DNA from: Chiloscyllium plagiosum
Taxonomy: Eukaryota
Reading direction: 5' to 3'
Length of the DNA: 22,520 nucleotides
Assembly (NCBI RefSeq): GCF_004010195.1
Contig: NC_057719.1
Span: forward strand, 81,982,309-82,004,828
Shown here: positions 21,696 to 22,520 of the stretch, piece after piece
Position numbering within the stretch: position 1 is the first letter of the stretch
Layout of the letters: each line of letters opens with the position of its first letter
Made by a program: the position numbers and the translations under genes
Notes under the pieces: generated by a model
What the model saw: only the letters and a program-made list of their open reading frames with translations
The model's database searches: none
Told to the model about the DNA's origin: nothing

Positions 21696-22520
21696 CAAGG
21701 TTCCTCATGGGAGACTGATTAGCAAGGTTAGATCTCATGGAATACAGGGAGAACTAGCCATTTGGATACAGAACTGGCTCAAAGGTAGAAGACCGAGGGT
21801 GGTGGTGGTGGAGGGTTGTTTTTAAGTCTGGAGGCCTGTGACCAGTGCAGTGCCACAAGGATCGCTGCTGGGCCCTCTACTTTTTGTCATTTTTATAAAT
21901 GATTTGGATGCAAGCATAAGAGGTACAGTTAGTAAGTTTGCAGATGACACCAAAATTGGAGGTGTAGTGAACAGCGAAGAAGGTTACCTCAGATTGCAAA
22001 AGGATCTGGACCAGATGGGCCAATGGGCTGAGAAGTGGCAGATGGAGTTTAATTCCGATAAATGCGAGGTGCTGCATTTTGGGAAAGCAAATCTTAGCAG
22101 GACTTATACACTTAATGGTAAGATCCTAGGGAGTGTTGTTGAACAAAGAGACCTTGGAGTGCAGGTTCATAGCTCCTTGAAAGTGGAGTCGCAGGTAGAT
22201 AGGATAGTGAAGGCAGCATTGGATATGCTTTCCTTTATTGGTCAGAGTATTGAGTACAGGAGTTGGGAGGTCATGTTGCGGCTGTACAGGACATTGGTTA
22301 GGTCAATTTTTGGAATATTGCGTGCAATTCTGGTCGCCTTCCTATCGGAAAGATATTGTGAAACTTGAAAGGGTTCAGAAAAGATTTACAAGGATGCTGC
22401 CAGGGTTGGAGGATCTGCGCTACAGGGAGAGGCTGAACAGGCTGGGGCTGTTTTCCCTGGAGCATCGGAGGCTGAGGGGTGACCTTATAGAGGTTTACAA
22501 AATTATGAGGGGCATGGATA
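21696..22520 (+). mobile_element. 5'-truncated CR1 LINE (HER1-like), RT region, runs off the window
   Basis: ORF 21838..22368 has PQGSLLGPLLF, FADDTKIGG, WQMEFN. Frameshift near 22305. Closely similar to the reverse complement of 7407-8691. Confidence 0.95.

Overview
Vertebrate genomic DNA, most likely from a shark or other elasmobranch (inferred from HER1-type CR1 LINEs, an HE1-type V-SINE and Deu-domain SINEs). The window lies inside the minus-strand RPAP1 gene (RNA polymerase II-associated protein 1). Three phase-compatible internal exons are visible (21447-21627, 20808-20948, 16980-17165), followed by an intron of at least ~17 kb with no further recognisable exon. The introns are mostly decayed retroelements: CR1, L2, Penelope-like elements with hammerhead motifs, and SINEs. 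The most notable object is a full-length processed pseudogene of ATP synthase delta (ATP5F1D). It is inserted, with a 13-bp target-site duplication, at the TATA-like box of a ~216-bp solo LTR that has its own 5-bp TSD. This forms a TATA/retrocopy/AATAAA arrangement antisense to RPAP1. There is also a multi-layer nested TE cluster at 2318-4770. I see no evidence for a new functional system; most ORFs in the track are TE debris or chance ORFs. Gene and repeat family assignments come from remembered sequences, not database searches.
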